From the NCBI RefSeq assembly GCF_013299175.1, contig NZ_JAAFKF010000002.1:5248-69247 (forward strand): DNA of 64,000 bases, read 5' to 3'. The notes under the pieces were generated by a model. The model saw only the letters and a list, made by a program, of their open reading frames with translations, did not search any database and was not told where the DNA came from. This DNA comes from Sphaerotilus sp. (GTDB lineage Bacteria > Pseudomonadota > Gammaproteobacteria > Burkholderiales > Burkholderiaceae_C). Below are positions 19,099 to 30,273 of the stretch, in pieces. The translations under genes and the position numbers were made by a program. Position 1 is the stretch's first letter, and every line of letters starts with the position of its first letter.

Positions 19099-20163
19099 AT
19101 GTTGCGACCCCCCCTGAAGCGTCACCTCCTCCCCCTTGCGCTGGCCCTGTCGGCCGGACCTGTTCTGGCCCAGACTTCGTCGGCCGGCGCACCCGCGCCG
19201 ACGCAGCGCACGACGGTGGAGCAGGACAACCTCTGGGACATCGCCGGCCAGCTTGCCCCGGCCATGGGTGCCACGCGCCAGCAGGTCATGGTGGCGGTGC
19301 TGCGCCGCAACCCGGACGCCTTCGTCAAGGGCAACATCCACCGCCTGCGCCGCGGCGTGCCGCTGGTGCTGCCTGGGCAGAGCGAGGTGCTGGCCGAGGA
19401 CCGTGCGGGTTCGGTGGCGCTGGTTGCCGACCACTTGAAGGCGCTGCGGGGCGGGGCTGTGCTGACGCCGCTGGTTCCGCGTGCAGCGACCGAAACGCCC
19501 GCGCCACCGGTTGCTCCGTCGCCACCCCCCCCGCCTCCCGCACCGGTGGCGCCACCGCCCGCACCGGCTTCTGTCCCCACTCCGGTCGAGAAACCCGCGT
19601 CGGCGGTGGAGCCTGCGGCACCGGTCGCATCGGCTGCACCACCCATCCCGGCCGAGCCGGTCGCCTCCGCGCCCGTGGCGGTGGCGGCTGCATCCGAGGT
19701 GGCCAGTGCCGCGGTCGGTGGCGGTTCGGCGTCGCGGGTGTTGCCGTGGTTGCTGGGGCTGGGCGCGTTGACTGGTGGCGTGATCCTGTGGCGCCGTCGG
19801 CGGGCCGGATTCCAGCCGGATGGGCCGGCACCGGACTTCACGAACACGCTGAGTGCCACGCGCACTGGCGGCCCGCGGGTGTTCGACATCTCGAATGCGG
19901 CCGCCGAGATGGCCCGCTCGGTGGAAACCTCGCAAGCCGCGACCCAACTGGTGCGCAGCAACGCCAGCGCCGGTGCCGACGTTGGGGATGAGGTGGATGT
20001 GTCCCGCTTGGCGGAGCAAGCCGCCATCAAGCTCGACATCGCCCGCGCCAGCCTGGAGCTTGGCCGCACGGACAGTGCGCGGGCGCTGCTGCTGGCGGTG
20101 GTGCGCGAAGGCTCCGGGCGCCATGCGGCGGAGGCCGCCGAGATTCTCGCGCGCATGGGCTGA
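19099..20163 (+). CDS. Compact FimV/HubP-like polar landmark protein
   Basis: Signal peptide; FimV N-domain NLWDIA...QQVMVAVLRRNPDAFVKGNIHRLRRG; Pro/Ala linker; TM LPWLLGLGALTGGVILWRRRR; FimV C-domain KLDIARASLELG...ARALL..VVREG. Confidence 0.82.
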   Translation: MLRPPLKRHLLPLALALSAGPVLAQTSSAGAPAPTQRTTVEQDNLWDIAGQLAPAMGATRQQVMVAVLRRNPDAFVKGNIHRLRRGVPLVLPGQSEVLAEDRAGSVALVADHLKALRGGAVLTPLVPRAATETPAPPVAPSPPPPPPAPVAPPPAPASVPTPVEKPASAVEPAAPVASAAPPIPAEPVASAPVAVAAASEVASAAVGGGSASRVLPWLLGLGALTGGVILWRRRRAGFQPDGPAPDFTNTLSATRTGGPRVFDISNAAAEMARSVETSQAATQLVRSNASAGADVGDEVDVSRLAEQAAIKLDIARASLELGRTDSARALLLAVVREGSGRHAAEAAEILARMG

Positions 20164-20167
20164 GGGC

Positions 20168-20188
20168 GAGAGACCGGCCCGGTCTCTC
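20168..20188. terminator. Hairpin between convergent operons
   Basis: GAGAGACCGG / CCGGTCTCTC inverted repeat just after the FimV-like stop; no clear U-tract. Confidence 0.45.
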
Positions 20189-20211
20189 GGGCCGTTTCAG
20201 CCCAGCTCAGC

Positions 20212-20982
20212 TCAGATCAGTTTACGTGGCGAGAACTGGCGGGCCGCCGGGATCTGCTCCGCTGACCGCACCGCGCGGGTCAGCACCTGGTCCGCATCGA
20301 TCGGGCCCAGTGCCTCGCACAGCGCCACATAGAACTGGTGGACAAGCTGCGAGAGTTCGGCCGGCGTGCCGTCGATCACCCAGGACACCTGCATCGGCTG
20401 TGCCCAGGCATCGCGCACCTGCTTGCGCACGGGCTGCGAAAGGCGGCCCTGGTCGAGCTGCTCCAGCGCGCTGCTGCGCAAGTCGGTCAGCGAACCCGCG
20501 TGAAAGCGTTGCACCTCGGTGAGCGCATTGCGCAGCAGTTCGGCGCAGACCACCCGGTCCGGTGATGCGGGTGGTGCGGCCGGGGCGGGGGGCAGGGCTG
20601 TCACCATCGGCTGCGAGGTGCCCGCTGCCGATGCCGCTGGATCGAAGGGTGTGGCTGCGGCACTGGCCGGCATGGGCGCTGGAGCGGGGGTGGGTGCAGC
20701 GGGGGTGCCGATCTGCATCAGCGGCCAGGGGTCCATCGGCAGCTCGCTTTCAGGCTGCTTCAGGGCCTTGAAGTACGCCTCGTAGAGCTTCTTGCGGCTG
20801 GCGGCGTCGATGTGGTTGCGCGCGGCCACCTGGTCGATGTAGCCGATGATGTCGGACACCGAATCGCCACGCATCGACTGGTGCTGCATCCGCAGCGCAT
20901 CGAGCAGGGCGTCCTCCTCCAGCAGCGGCGACAGCACGGCGTAGGCGGCGCGGCGCCGCTGGGACAGGGCTTGGGTGGCCAT
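20212..20982 (-). CDS. Hypothetical cytoplasmic helical protein, two domains joined by a Pro/Ala linker
   Basis: 256-aa ORF, AAGGA RBS inside the amt 3' end, ATG 4 nt after amt stop. Confidence 0.75.
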   Translation of the reverse strand: MATQALSQRRRAAYAVLSPLLEEDALLDALRMQHQSMRGDSVSDIIGYIDQVAARNHIDAASRKKLYEAYFKALKQPESELPMDPWPLMQIGTPAAPTPAPAPMPASAAATPFDPAASAAGTSQPMVTALPPAPAAPPASPDRVVCAELLRNALTEVQRFHAGSLTDLRSSALEQLDQGRLSQPVRKQVRDAWAQPMQVSWVIDGTPAELSQLVHQFYVALCEALGPIDADQVLTRAVRSAEQIPAARQFSPRKLI

Positions 20983-20986
20983 CGCG

Positions 20987-22201
<1,215 letters not shown>

Positions 22202-22278
22202 CGCTTCGAGCACCCGCAGAATTGGACTTGGACATCGGACTACAGCCGTCTGGAGCCGGATTCTGGCCGAATTTGCAG

Positions 22279-22295
22279 GGCAAAGACGATGCCAA
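22279..22295 (-). promoter_or_regulatory. Sigma54 -24/-12 promoter of amt
   Basis: Minus strand TTGGCATCGTCTTTGCC = GG-N10-GC, matches TGGCAC-N5-TTGC consensus. Confidence 0.75.
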
Positions 22296-22298
22296 TTG

Positions 22299-22311
22299 AA
22301 TCAAAGGCTTA
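22299..22311 (+). promoter_or_regulatory. IHF binding site
   Basis: AATCAAAGGCTTA = WATCAA-N4-TTR, directly upstream of the sigma54 element. Confidence 0.65.
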
Positions 22312-22316
22312 CAGCA

Positions 22317-22347
22317 CCCTAAAGTGAAAAAATCACACACTTTAGGG
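22317..22347. promoter_or_regulatory. Perfect 10-bp inverted repeat, candidate activator site
   Basis: CCCTAAAGTG-N11-CACTTTAGGG. Confidence 0.5.
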
Positions 22348-22451
22348 GCTGCTGGCTGTGCTGTATTCCATCGGAATCTGGCGCCAAATCTCAATGGACT
22401 CTGCGGAAATTTGGCGGTGGCGCGCTCGAAAAAATGGCAGAAACGCCGTGT

Positions 22452-23357
22452 TCAGGCTGGAAACACGCCCGTGGAGAGGTAGCGGTCGCCGCGGTCGCAG
22501 ACGATGAAGACAATCGTGGCACCGCGCACCTGCTGCGAGAGCTGCAGCGCAGCCCAGCAAGCACCCGCCGCCGAGATGCCCGCGAACAGCCCTTCCTCGC
22601 GGGCCATGCGGCGGGCCATGTCTTCGGCGTCGGCCTGGCTGACCAGCACCAGCTCGTCCACGCGGCGCGGCTCGTAGATCTTCGGCAGGTAGGCTTCCGG
22701 CCATTTGCGGATGCCGGGGATGCGCGAGCCTTCGGACGGCTGCGCACCGATGATGCGCACGGCCGGGTTCCGCTCCTTCAGGTAGCGCGAAGTGCCGGTG
22801 ATGGTGCCGGTGGTGCCCATGGCGCTGACGAAGTGGGTGATCTGGCCGTCGGTGTCCTGCCAGAGTTCGGGGCCGGTGGTCTCGTAGTGGATGCGCGGGT
22901 TGTCGGCGTTGGCGAACTGGTCGAGCACGCGGCCCTTGCCGTCGCGCGCCATCTGCTCGGCGAGGTCGCGGGCGTATTCCATGCCGCCGGCCTTGGGCGT
23001 GAGGACCAGTTCGGCACCGAACGCCTTCATCGTCTGGGCGCGTTCGATGGAGAGATCCTCCGGCATGATCAGCACCATCCGGTAGCCGCGCACGGCCGCC
23101 GCCATGGCCAGCGCGATGCCGGTGTTGCCCGAGGTGGCTTCGATCAGGGTGTCGCCGGGCTGGATCTCGCCGCGCTCCTCGGCCCGGCGGATCATGCTGA
23201 TGGCCGGGCGGTCTTTCACCGAGCCGGCCGGGTTGTTGCCTTCGAGCTTGGCCAGGAGGACGTTGCCACGCTCGGTGGCGTCGGCGCCGGGCAGCCGCTG
23301 CAGGCGCACAAGCGGGGTGCGGCCGATCACGTCTTCGATGGTCTGGTAGGCGGGCAT
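22452..23357 (-). CDS. cysM: Cysteine synthase B
   Basis: GRTPLVRL, KLEGNNPAGSVKDR, EATSGNTGI, SAMGTTGT, CDRGDRYLSTG. Confidence 0.95.
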   Translation of the reverse strand: MPAYQTIEDVIGRTPLVRLQRLPGADATERGNVLLAKLEGNNPAGSVKDRPAISMIRRAEERGEIQPGDTLIEATSGNTGIALAMAAAVRGYRMVLIMPEDLSIERAQTMKAFGAELVLTPKAGGMEYARDLAEQMARDGKGRVLDQFANADNPRIHYETTGPELWQDTDGQITHFVSAMGTTGTITGTSRYLKERNPAVRIIGAQPSEGSRIPGIRKWPEAYLPKIYEPRRVDELVLVSQADAEDMARRMAREEGLFAGISAAGACWAALQLSQQVRGATIVFIVCDRGDRYLSTGVFPA

Positions 23358-23497
23358 GGGGGTGGTCTCCGGAGGTGGCGCAGCGCCGATGTGGCACATT
23401 TTGGCAGCATGGCCGCGGGCGCGCTGCCGTTGATCGAAGCGGCGTTTGTCCATGCCATAATCGCGGCTTCGCGCCGTACGCAGCGCGACACCCACCT

Positions 23498-23585
23498 GCC
23501 GGAGTGGCGAAATCGGTAGACGCAGCGGATTCAAAATCCGCCGCCCTCAACAGGCGTGCCGGTTCGAGTCCGGCCTCCGGCACCA
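23498..23585 (+). tRNA. tRNA-Leu (anticodon CAA)
   Basis: GCCGGAGTGGCGAAATCGGTAGACGCA, anticodon stem GCGGA-TTCAAAA-TCCGC, long variable arm, GGTTCGAGTCC, 3' CCA. Confidence 0.97.
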
Positions 23586-23655
23586 GTGCTTCAACCGCTG
23601 AAGACACTGCAGGTACTGCATACACTTCTCTCTCCCTCTGTCAGAGAGTCTTCCC

Positions 23656-24261
23656 ATGCCCCAGCTCCCCCCCGTCACCAAAGCATTGATGCTGATCTGC
23701 ACGGCGATGTACTGCCTGCAGATGCTCGCGGGGTACTGGGTCGAAACGCTGTTCGCGCTGTGGCCGCTGGGCAGCGGGCCGTTCATGCCGTGGCAGTTGA
23801 TCACCTATGCCTTCCTGCACGGCAGCATGGGCCACCTGTTCTTCAACATGCTGGGCCTGTGGATGTTCGGTGCCGAGCTGGAGTCGGTCTGGGGCCGCCA
23901 GCGTTACCTGCAGTTCCTCGCGGCCAGCGCACTGGCGGGCGGCGTGGTGCAGTTGCTGGTGGTCAGCCTGGGTGTCACTGGGGGCGGTCCGACGCTGGGT
24001 GCATCGGGCGCTCTGTATGGGCTGCTGATGGCCTTCGGGATGATGTTCCCCGACCGCACGATCATGCCGCTGTTCCCGCCCATCCCGATGAAGGCCAAGG
24101 TCTTCGTGCTGGTGTTCGGCGGGATGGAGCTGCTGTTCGGTCTGGCGGGTGCGGGTGGCGTGGCCCATTTCGCACACCTCGGCGGCATGCTGGGTGGCTG
24201 GCTGACGCTGCGCTTCTGGCGTGGTCTGCCGCCGTTTCCCCCGAAGCAGCGCCGCCGCTGA
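23656..24261 (+). CDS. Rhomboid family intramembrane serine protease
   Basis: WQLITYAFLH, HLFFNM, GASGA, AHFAHLGG. Confidence 0.93.
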   Translation: MPQLPPVTKALMLICTAMYCLQMLAGYWVETLFALWPLGSGPFMPWQLITYAFLHGSMGHLFFNMLGLWMFGAELESVWGRQRYLQFLAASALAGGVVQLLVVSLGVTGGGPTLGASGALYGLLMAFGMMFPDRTIMPLFPPIPMKAKVFVLVFGGMELLFGLAGAGGVAHFAHLGGMLGGWLTLRFWRGLPPFPPKQRRR

Positions 24262-25203
24262 TCAGGCGAGCAGGCCGGCGCTGACCTCCGGGTAGCGCAG
24301 CACGGTCCGCAACTCCCGCTTCATCCGCTGGTTGTCCAGCCGGCGCGATTCGCCCATGAAACTGAGCAGCATCGGGCTGAGTTGCGTGCGGGCTTCTTCG
24401 CGCGAGATGCGCCGTGGCAGCGGCAGCCCGCAGAGCCGGGCGGCCAGGTCGAAGTAATCCCCCATCTTCAGTTCGGTGTCGTCGCAGGCGTGCCAGATGC
24501 GCTGCGGCCGGCCGCGCAGCAGCGCCGCGACACACAGCCGCGCCAGATCGTTGGCGTGGATGTGGTTGGTGTAGACATCGTCTTCGTGGCGGAGCACGGG
24601 GGTGCCGCGCGCCAGCCGCTCGCGGGGATGGCCGCCGGGCCGATCGCCGGCGTAGATGCCGGGAATCCGCAGGATCGACGCCGTCACGCCGTGGACCAGT
24701 GCCCAGCCCCGCAGGGTGGATTCGGCCGCGACCCGGCGCCGCGCCCGCGCATTGGCCGGCGCGACGGGGCGGGTTTCATCGAAGCGGGCGCCGCCGGTGT
24801 CGCCGTAGACGCCAGTGGTGCTGCCGTAGACGAGGCGCTGGCAGACGGTGTGGCGCCCGAGGGCCTGCAGGAGGTGGCGGGTGCGTGGGTCGTCGTCGCC
24901 TGTGGTCGGCGGGGGCGCCAGATGCAGCACACGCGGGGCGAGCGCGCCCAGCCGGCGCAGCGTGGCTGGTGCGTCCAGGTTGCCGATGAGCGGGGTGATG
25001 CCGCGTTGGCGCAGGTCGGCAGCGCGCTCGGGCTGGGAAGTCAGCGCCCGCACTGTCCAGCGGCCACCGAGTGCTTGCACGGCGCGCTGGCCGACATCCC
25101 CGCAGCCGATGACCAGCAGGCGCGGGCGCCGCATCGGGCGCAGCGGCCGCAATCGAGGGGCTGCGGCGGCATGGTGGGAGCGCAGGCGGGCAGGGTGGGG
25201 CAT
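24262..25203 (-). CDS. NAD-dependent epimerase/dehydratase (extended SDR)
   Basis: VIGCGDVG, YGSTTGVYG, LRIPGIY, TNHIHxxDL; alternative start 25134. Confidence 0.85.
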   Translation of the reverse strand: MPHPARLRSHHAAAAPRLRPLRPMRRPRLLVIGCGDVGQRAVQALGGRWTVRALTSQPERAADLRQRGITPLIGNLDAPATLRRLGALAPRVLHLAPPPTTGDDDPRTRHLLQALGRHTVCQRLVYGSTTGVYGDTGGARFDETRPVAPANARARRRVAAESTLRGWALVHGVTASILRIPGIYAGDRPGGHPRERLARGTPVLRHEDDVYTNHIHANDLARLCVAALLRGRPQRIWHACDDTELKMGDYFDLAARLCGLPLPRRISREEARTQLSPMLLSFMGESRRLDNQRMKRELRTVLRYPEVSAGLLA

Positions 25204-25300
25204 GGGTCGGGTTCTTTCGGATCGGTGCGGCACAATCTCGCGCGCGGCGACATGGCCGTGGACCACGGACAGCGCCAGGACGGCCCAGAGGATACGAGCA

Positions 25301-26326
25301 ATGACTTTCACGGTGACAGTGCAGCCCGCGGGCCGCAGCTTCGAGGTGGCGCGCGACGAGGCGATGCTGCCGGCGGCCATCCGCCAGGGCATCGGTTTGC
25401 CCTATGGCTGCAAGGACGGGGCTTGCGGGTCGTGCAAGAGCCGGCTGCTGGAGGGGCGCGTGCTGCACGGCGCCCACCAGACCAAGGCGCTCAGCGAAGC
25501 GGAAGAGGCGGCCGGTCTGATCCTCACCTGCTGCGCCACGCCGCAGACGGATTGCGTGGTCGAGTCGCGGCAGGTGACATCAGTGGGGCAGTTCCCGGTC
25601 CTGAAGATGCCGGTGCGGGTGACGACGATCGAGCGCCGCGCGCCGGACGTGGCGGTACTGACGCTGCAACTGCCGGGCAACCAGGTGTTCCAGTACCACG
25701 CGGGCCAGTACATCGAATTCATCCTGCGCGACGGTGCCCGGCGCAGCTATTCGATGGCGAGCGCGCCGGAGACGGCGCAGGGCCAGATGGAACTCCACAT
25801 CCGCCACATGCCCGGCGGGCGCTTCACCGACCACGTCTTCGGCGCGATGAAGGAGCGGGAGATCCTGCGTGTGGAGGGGCCGTTCGGCAGTTTCTTCCTG
25901 CGCGAGGACAGCACGAAGCCGGTGGTGCTGCTGGCGTCCGGCACGGGTTTTGCCCCGATCAAGGCGCTGATCGAGCACATGCAGGCGCGTGGCATGACCC
26001 GCGAGGCGGTGCTGTACTGGGGCTGTCGCAGCGAGGCCGATCTCTACCTGCACGACTGGGCGCTGGAGATGGCGCGCACGCTGCCCTGGCTGCGTTATGA
26101 GCCGGTTCTGTCGGAGGCTGGGGCGGGCTGGCAGGGGCGCACGGGGTTCGTCCACCGGGCGGTGATGGCGGATCTGCCGGATCTGTCCGGGTACCAGGTC
26201 TACGCTTGCGGGGCGCCGGTGATGGTGGCGTCAGCCCAGCGGGATCTGGTGGCGCAGTGCGCGCTGCCGGAAGAGGAGTTCTACGCCGATGCGTTCACCA
26301 GCGAGGCGGACAAGCACGGGGGCTGA
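25301..26326 (+). CDS. 2Fe-2S ferredoxin-FAD/NAD(P)H oxidoreductase (AscD-like)
   Basis: LPYGCKDGACGSCK, LTCC, RRSYSMAS, LLASGTGFAP, YACG. Confidence 0.88.
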   Translation: MTFTVTVQPAGRSFEVARDEAMLPAAIRQGIGLPYGCKDGACGSCKSRLLEGRVLHGAHQTKALSEAEEAAGLILTCCATPQTDCVVESRQVTSVGQFPVLKMPVRVTTIERRAPDVAVLTLQLPGNQVFQYHAGQYIEFILRDGARRSYSMASAPETAQGQMELHIRHMPGGRFTDHVFGAMKEREILRVEGPFGSFFLREDSTKPVVLLASGTGFAPIKALIEHMQARGMTREAVLYWGCRSEADLYLHDWALEMARTLPWLRYEPVLSEAGAGWQGRTGFVHRAVMADLPDLSGYQVYACGAPVMVASAQRDLVAQCALPEEEFYADAFTSEADKHGG

Positions 26327-26348
26327 CCGCACGGGGCTGAACAATGCG

Positions 26349-26372
26349 AAAGGCCCGCCAGAGCGGGCCTTT
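26349..26372. terminator. Bidirectional rho-independent terminator
   Basis: AAAGGCCCGC-CAGA-GCGGGCCTTT between convergent oxidoreductase and rpsT. Confidence 0.8.
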
Positions 26373-26397
26373 GCGATCGATCCACCCGGATCAGTCT

Positions 26398-26706
26398 TCA
26401 GGCAGCGGCAGCAACCGCCAGGGCCTTGACCTTGGCAGACAGGCGGCTCTTGATGCGGGCGGCCTTGTTCTTGTGGAAGATGCCCTTGTCGGCGATCGAG
26501 TCGATCACGGCCTGGGCAGACTTGAACGTGTCGCCAGCCTTGACCTTGTCGCCCGTGGCAACAGCCTTCAGCACGCCCTTGACGGCGGTACGGAACTTCG
26601 AGCGCAGCGAGGTGTTCGCGGCATTCAGCTTGACGTCCTGGCGGACGCGCTTGAGGCCCGAGGCAATGCGGACGGTCTTCTTCTTGGCTTTGGAAGCGGT
26701 GGCCAT
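26398..26706 (-). CDS. rpsT: 30S ribosomal protein S20
   Basis: [39 protein letters not shown]. Confidence 0.96.
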   Translation of the reverse strand: MATASKAKKKTVRIASGLKRVRQDVKLNAANTSLRSKFRTAVKGVLKAVATGDKVKAGDTFKSAQAVIDSIADKGIFHKNKAARIKSRLSAKVKALAVAAAA

Positions 26707-26791
26707 AAATGTGTCTCGTGTTCCGGGTGGAGGAAAGCCTAGCACTATAGCATGGATAATCACAGGCTTTGCGACCGAGTCCCCCCTGCCC

Positions 26792-28351
26792 ATGAGCCTG
26801 CTTCGATCTGCCTCTGTCGTGTCCGCCCTCACGCTGGCCTCCCGGATCACCGGACTCGTGCGCGAGCAGCTCATCGCGGCGGCCTTCGGGGCGAGCAGTG
26901 CGACCGATGCGTTCCAGGTCGCGTTCCGCATTCCGAACCTGCTGCGCCGCCTGTTTGCCGAGGGCGCGTTCTCGCAGGCGTTCGTGCCGATCCTGGCCGC
27001 ATCGCGCACGACCCACGGCGACGCCGCCACGCAAACGCTGATCGATGCCGTGGCCACCGTGCTGCTGTGGACGCTGACGGCGGTGTGCGTGCTCGGGGTG
27101 GTCGGCTCGCCGGTGCTGGTGTGGGTGATGGCGTCGGGGCTGCCGGCCGATGCGCAGGATTCGGCCACGGTGATGACCCGCCTGATGTTTCCCTACATCG
27201 GCTGCATGTCGCTGGTGGCGCTGTCGGCGGGGATCCTGAATTCGTGGAAGCGGTTCGCGGTGCCGGCCGTCACGCCCGTGCTGCTGAACCTGAGCGTGAT
27301 CGCCGCCGCATGGTGGCTGACGCCGCAGTTCGCGCGCTGGGCGATTCCGCCGGTGTACGCGCTGGCGGTCGGCGTGATGGTGGGCGGGGTGCTGCAGCTC
27401 GGAGTGCAGTTGCCCGCGCTGCGCCATGTCGGGGTGATGCCGAAGCTGGGGTTCACGGTGGCCGCATTCCGCCAAGCCTGGGCGCACGAGGGCGTTCACC
27501 GCATCCTGAAACAGATGGCACCGGCGCTGCTCGGGGTGTCGGTGGCGCAGTTGTCGCTGCTGGTGAACACGCAGATCGCCTCGCACCTGGCCGCAGGTTC
27601 GGTGTCGTGGCTGACTTACGCCGACCGGCTGATGGAGTTTCCGACCGCGCTGCTGGGGGTGGCGATGGGCGTGGTGCTGCTGCCACAGTTGTCGGCGGCG
27701 CAGGCCAAGGGCGACATGGACGCCTACTCGGCGCTGCTCGACTGGGGCCTGCGGCTGGTGGTGCTGCTGGCGCTGCCGTGCGCACTGGCGCTGCTGGTGT
27801 TTCCGCAGCCACTGGTCGCGGTGCTTTACCACTACGGCGCGTTCACGGCAGAGGATGTGCGCCAGACCGTGATCGCGCTGATGGGCTACGGCGCCGGGCT
27901 GATGGGGCTGGTGGCGATCAAGGTGCTGGCGCCGGGGTTCTACGCCCGGCAGGACATCCGCACCCCGGTGCGGATCGCCATCACCGTGCTGGTGCTGACG
28001 CAGGTGCTGAACGCGGTGTTCGTGCCGCGGCTGGGCCACGCGGGGCTGGCGCTGTCGATCGGGCTGGCGGCACTGGTCAATGCGACCTGGTTGCTGATCG
28101 GCCTGCGCCAGCGGGGCAGCTACCGGCCGTCGCCGGGCTGGCTGGGGTTCGGTCTGCGCGTGGCGGCGGGCTGCGCGGTGATGGCGGCCGGGCTGGCCTG
28201 GGCGGCACACGCGATCGACTGGCTCGGGATGCGGGCACAGCCGGGGCTGCGGGTCGCGGTGCTGGCGGGCGTGCTGGCGGCGGCGGCGGCGGTGTACTTT
28301 GGTGTGCTGCGGCTGGTGGGGGTGAACTTGCGGCAATTTGCACGCCGTTGA
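26792..28351 (+). CDS. murJ: Lipid II flippase MurJ
   Basis: [44 protein letters not shown]. Confidence 0.97.
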   Translation: MSLLRSASVVSALTLASRITGLVREQLIAAAFGASSATDAFQVAFRIPNLLRRLFAEGAFSQAFVPILAASRTTHGDAATQTLIDAVATVLLWTLTAVCVLGVVGSPVLVWVMASGLPADAQDSATVMTRLMFPYIGCMSLVALSAGILNSWKRFAVPAVTPVLLNLSVIAAAWWLTPQFARWAIPPVYALAVGVMVGGVLQLGVQLPALRHVGVMPKLGFTVAAFRQAWAHEGVHRILKQMAPALLGVSVAQLSLLVNTQIASHLAAGSVSWLTYADRLMEFPTALLGVAMGVVLLPQLSAAQAKGDMDAYSALLDWGLRLVVLLALPCALALLVFPQPLVAVLYHYGAFTAEDVRQTVIALMGYGAGLMGLVAIKVLAPGFYARQDIRTPVRIAITVLVLTQVLNAVFVPRLGHAGLALSIGLAALVNATWLLIGLRQRGSYRPSPGWLGFGLRVAAGCAVMAAGLAWAAHAIDWLGMRAQPGLRVAVLAGVLAAAAAVYFGVLRLVGVNLRQFARR

Positions 28352-28385
28352 GGGCCTGCAGGCGCTGACCGATACACTTTGGGCC

Positions 28386-29150
28386 ATGGAGTGCCCCTCG
28401 CCATCCCCGCTGGACTATTTCGCTGCCCTGGTGCGCGACGACGACAGCCTGTCGCTCACCGAAGCGGCTGGCGCGATTGCGCTGGCGACGCATCCCACGC
28501 TGGATCTCGCCGCCCTGCAGACCGAGCTGGACACGCTGGCCCAGCGTTTGCGCCAGCGTCTGCCCTCCGACGCGGGGGCGTTGCAGCGGGTGCGGGGGCT
28601 GCACCAGTTCTTCTACCGCGATCTCGGCTTTGGCGGCAATGTCAACGACGTGCGCGATCCCGACAACAGCCACCTCCACGCCGTGCTGCAGCGTCGGCGC
28701 GGCCTGCCGATCGCGCTGGCCGTGCTCTACCTCGAACTCGCCGGACAGCTCGGGCTGCAGGCGGATGGCGTGTCCTTCCCCGGCCATTTCCTGCTCAAGC
28801 TGCACCTGCCGCTGGGCGAGGCGGTGATCGACCCGGTGGACGGCCGCTCGCTGACGCGGGCCGAGCTGGAGGAGCGGCTCACCCCCTTCCTCGACCACGG
28901 TGGACACCTCGATCCTGCCGCCGGTCTGGACCTGGGCGCCTGGCTGGGCGAATACCTGCAACCGGCGTCGGCGCGCGAGATCCTCGCCCGCATGCTGCGC
29001 AATCTGGCGGTGCTGTACCGGGAGGATGGCGATCTGCCGCGCCTGCTGCAGATCCAGCAGCGCCAGGTCGTCCTGGAACCCGCGGATGTGGCGCTGCGCC
29101 GCGCGCTCGACCGCACCCGCGCGGCGCTGGGCCAACCGGAAGGCGATTGA
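28386..29150 (+). CDS. SirB1-like / transglutaminase-like protein
   Basis: LGFGGN...DPDNSHLHAVLQRRRGLPIAL, GVSFPGHFL, ILARMLRNL. Confidence 0.85.
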   Translation: MECPSPSPLDYFAALVRDDDSLSLTEAAGAIALATHPTLDLAALQTELDTLAQRLRQRLPSDAGALQRVRGLHQFFYRDLGFGGNVNDVRDPDNSHLHAVLQRRRGLPIALAVLYLELAGQLGLQADGVSFPGHFLLKLHLPLGEAVIDPVDGRSLTRAELEERLTPFLDHGGHLDPAAGLDLGAWLGEYLQPASAREILARMLRNLAVLYREDGDLPRLLQIQQRQVVLEPADVALRRALDRTRAALGQPEGD

Positions 29151-29166
29151 ACCGCATGAGGACCGC

Positions 29167-30225
29167 ATGAAACTGTCCCTGACCCAACGGCTGATGCTCG
29201 CCTGGCTGGCGCTGGCGCTGGTGTCGGTGCTGCTGGTGCGCTTGCTGGCGCCGGTGCTGACGCCGTTCCTGACGGCGGCGGTGCTGGCCTATGTGCTGCA
29301 GCCGGCGGTCGATCGGCTGTCGCGGCACCTGCCACGGGCGCTGGCGGCGGTGCTGGTCGAGCTGGCGGCGATCGCGGCGGCGCTGGGAGTGGCGCTGCTG
29401 ATCGTGCCCATCATCTCGCGCGAGCTGCCGGTGCTGCGCGACCAGATCCCCGTGCTGGCGGTGCGGCTCAATGACCATGTGGCGCCGTGGCTGACCGAGC
29501 ACGGCTTCGCGGTCAAGCTCGACACCGAGAGCATCAAGGCGTTTGTCGTCAAGTATTTCGATGCCAACGGCGATGGCTGGCTGTCCGCGCTGCTCAGCTC
29601 GGCGCGCATTGGCGGCAGTTTCTTGCTGGCGATCATCGGCAATGCGGTGCTGGTGCCGGTGGTGACGTTCTACCTGCTGCTCGACTGGCACGACCTGCAG
29701 CGCCGCCTGTGCCGCATGGTGCCGCCGCGGTATCTGGAGGCGGTGCTCGACTTCGCGCAGGAGTGCGATGCGGTGCTCGGACAGTACCTGCGCGGGCAGT
29801 TGATGGTGATGCTGATCCTGGCGGCCTACTACACGGTGGCGCTGGCGCTGGGGCGCTTCGATCTGGCCTTGCCCGTCGGCATCTTCACGGGGCTGGCGAT
29901 CTTCGTCCCCTACCTGGGCTTCGGCATCGGCGCGGCGCTGGCCTTGCTGGCGGGTGTGTTGCAATACGCGAATCTGTACGGCGTGGGGGTGGTGGCGGTG
30001 GTGTATGGCGCAGGCCAGGTGATCGAGAGCTTTTTCCTCACGCCACGGCTGGTCGGCGAGCGCATCGGCCTGCACCCGCTGGCCGTGATCTTCGTGCTGC
30101 TGGCCTTCGGGCACCTGTTCGGCTTTGTCGGCGTGCTGCTGGCGCTGCCGGCCGGGGCGCTGGTGCTGGTGGCGCTGCGGCGCTTGCGCACGGGTTATGT
30201 GGCCAGTCGGCTCTACCAAGGATGA
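29167..30225 (+). CDS. AI-2E (PerM) family transporter
   Basis: PFLTAAVLAYVLQP, YLRGQL, FVPYLG, LTPRLVGERIGLHP. Confidence 0.9.
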   Translation: MKLSLTQRLMLAWLALALVSVLLVRLLAPVLTPFLTAAVLAYVLQPAVDRLSRHLPRALAAVLVELAAIAAALGVALLIVPIISRELPVLRDQIPVLAVRLNDHVAPWLTEHGFAVKLDTESIKAFVVKYFDANGDGWLSALLSSARIGGSFLLAIIGNAVLVPVVTFYLLLDWHDLQRRLCRMVPPRYLEAVLDFAQECDAVLGQYLRGQLMVMLILAAYYTVALALGRFDLALPVGIFTGLAIFVPYLGFGIGAALALLAGVLQYANLYGVGVVAVVYGAGQVIESFFLTPRLVGERIGLHPLAVIFVLLAFGHLFGFVGVLLALPAGALVLVALRRLRTGYVASRLYQG

Positions 30226-30273
30226 ACCTCTCGAATGTCTCGTGGAATGCCTCGTGACCGGACACCACCGCTG

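Noticed and set aside
23498-23585. tRNA-Leu as integration site for the GTPase/Amt block
   Set aside because: No integrase, no duplicated tRNA 3' end seen by eye, cysM lies in between, and the block's coding style resembles the host.
25301-26326. AscD-like reductase as evidence of a dideoxysugar/O-antigen cluster
   Set aside because: No other nucleotide-sugar pathway or glycosyltransferase genes; the divergent epimerase/reductase pair looks like core gene order.
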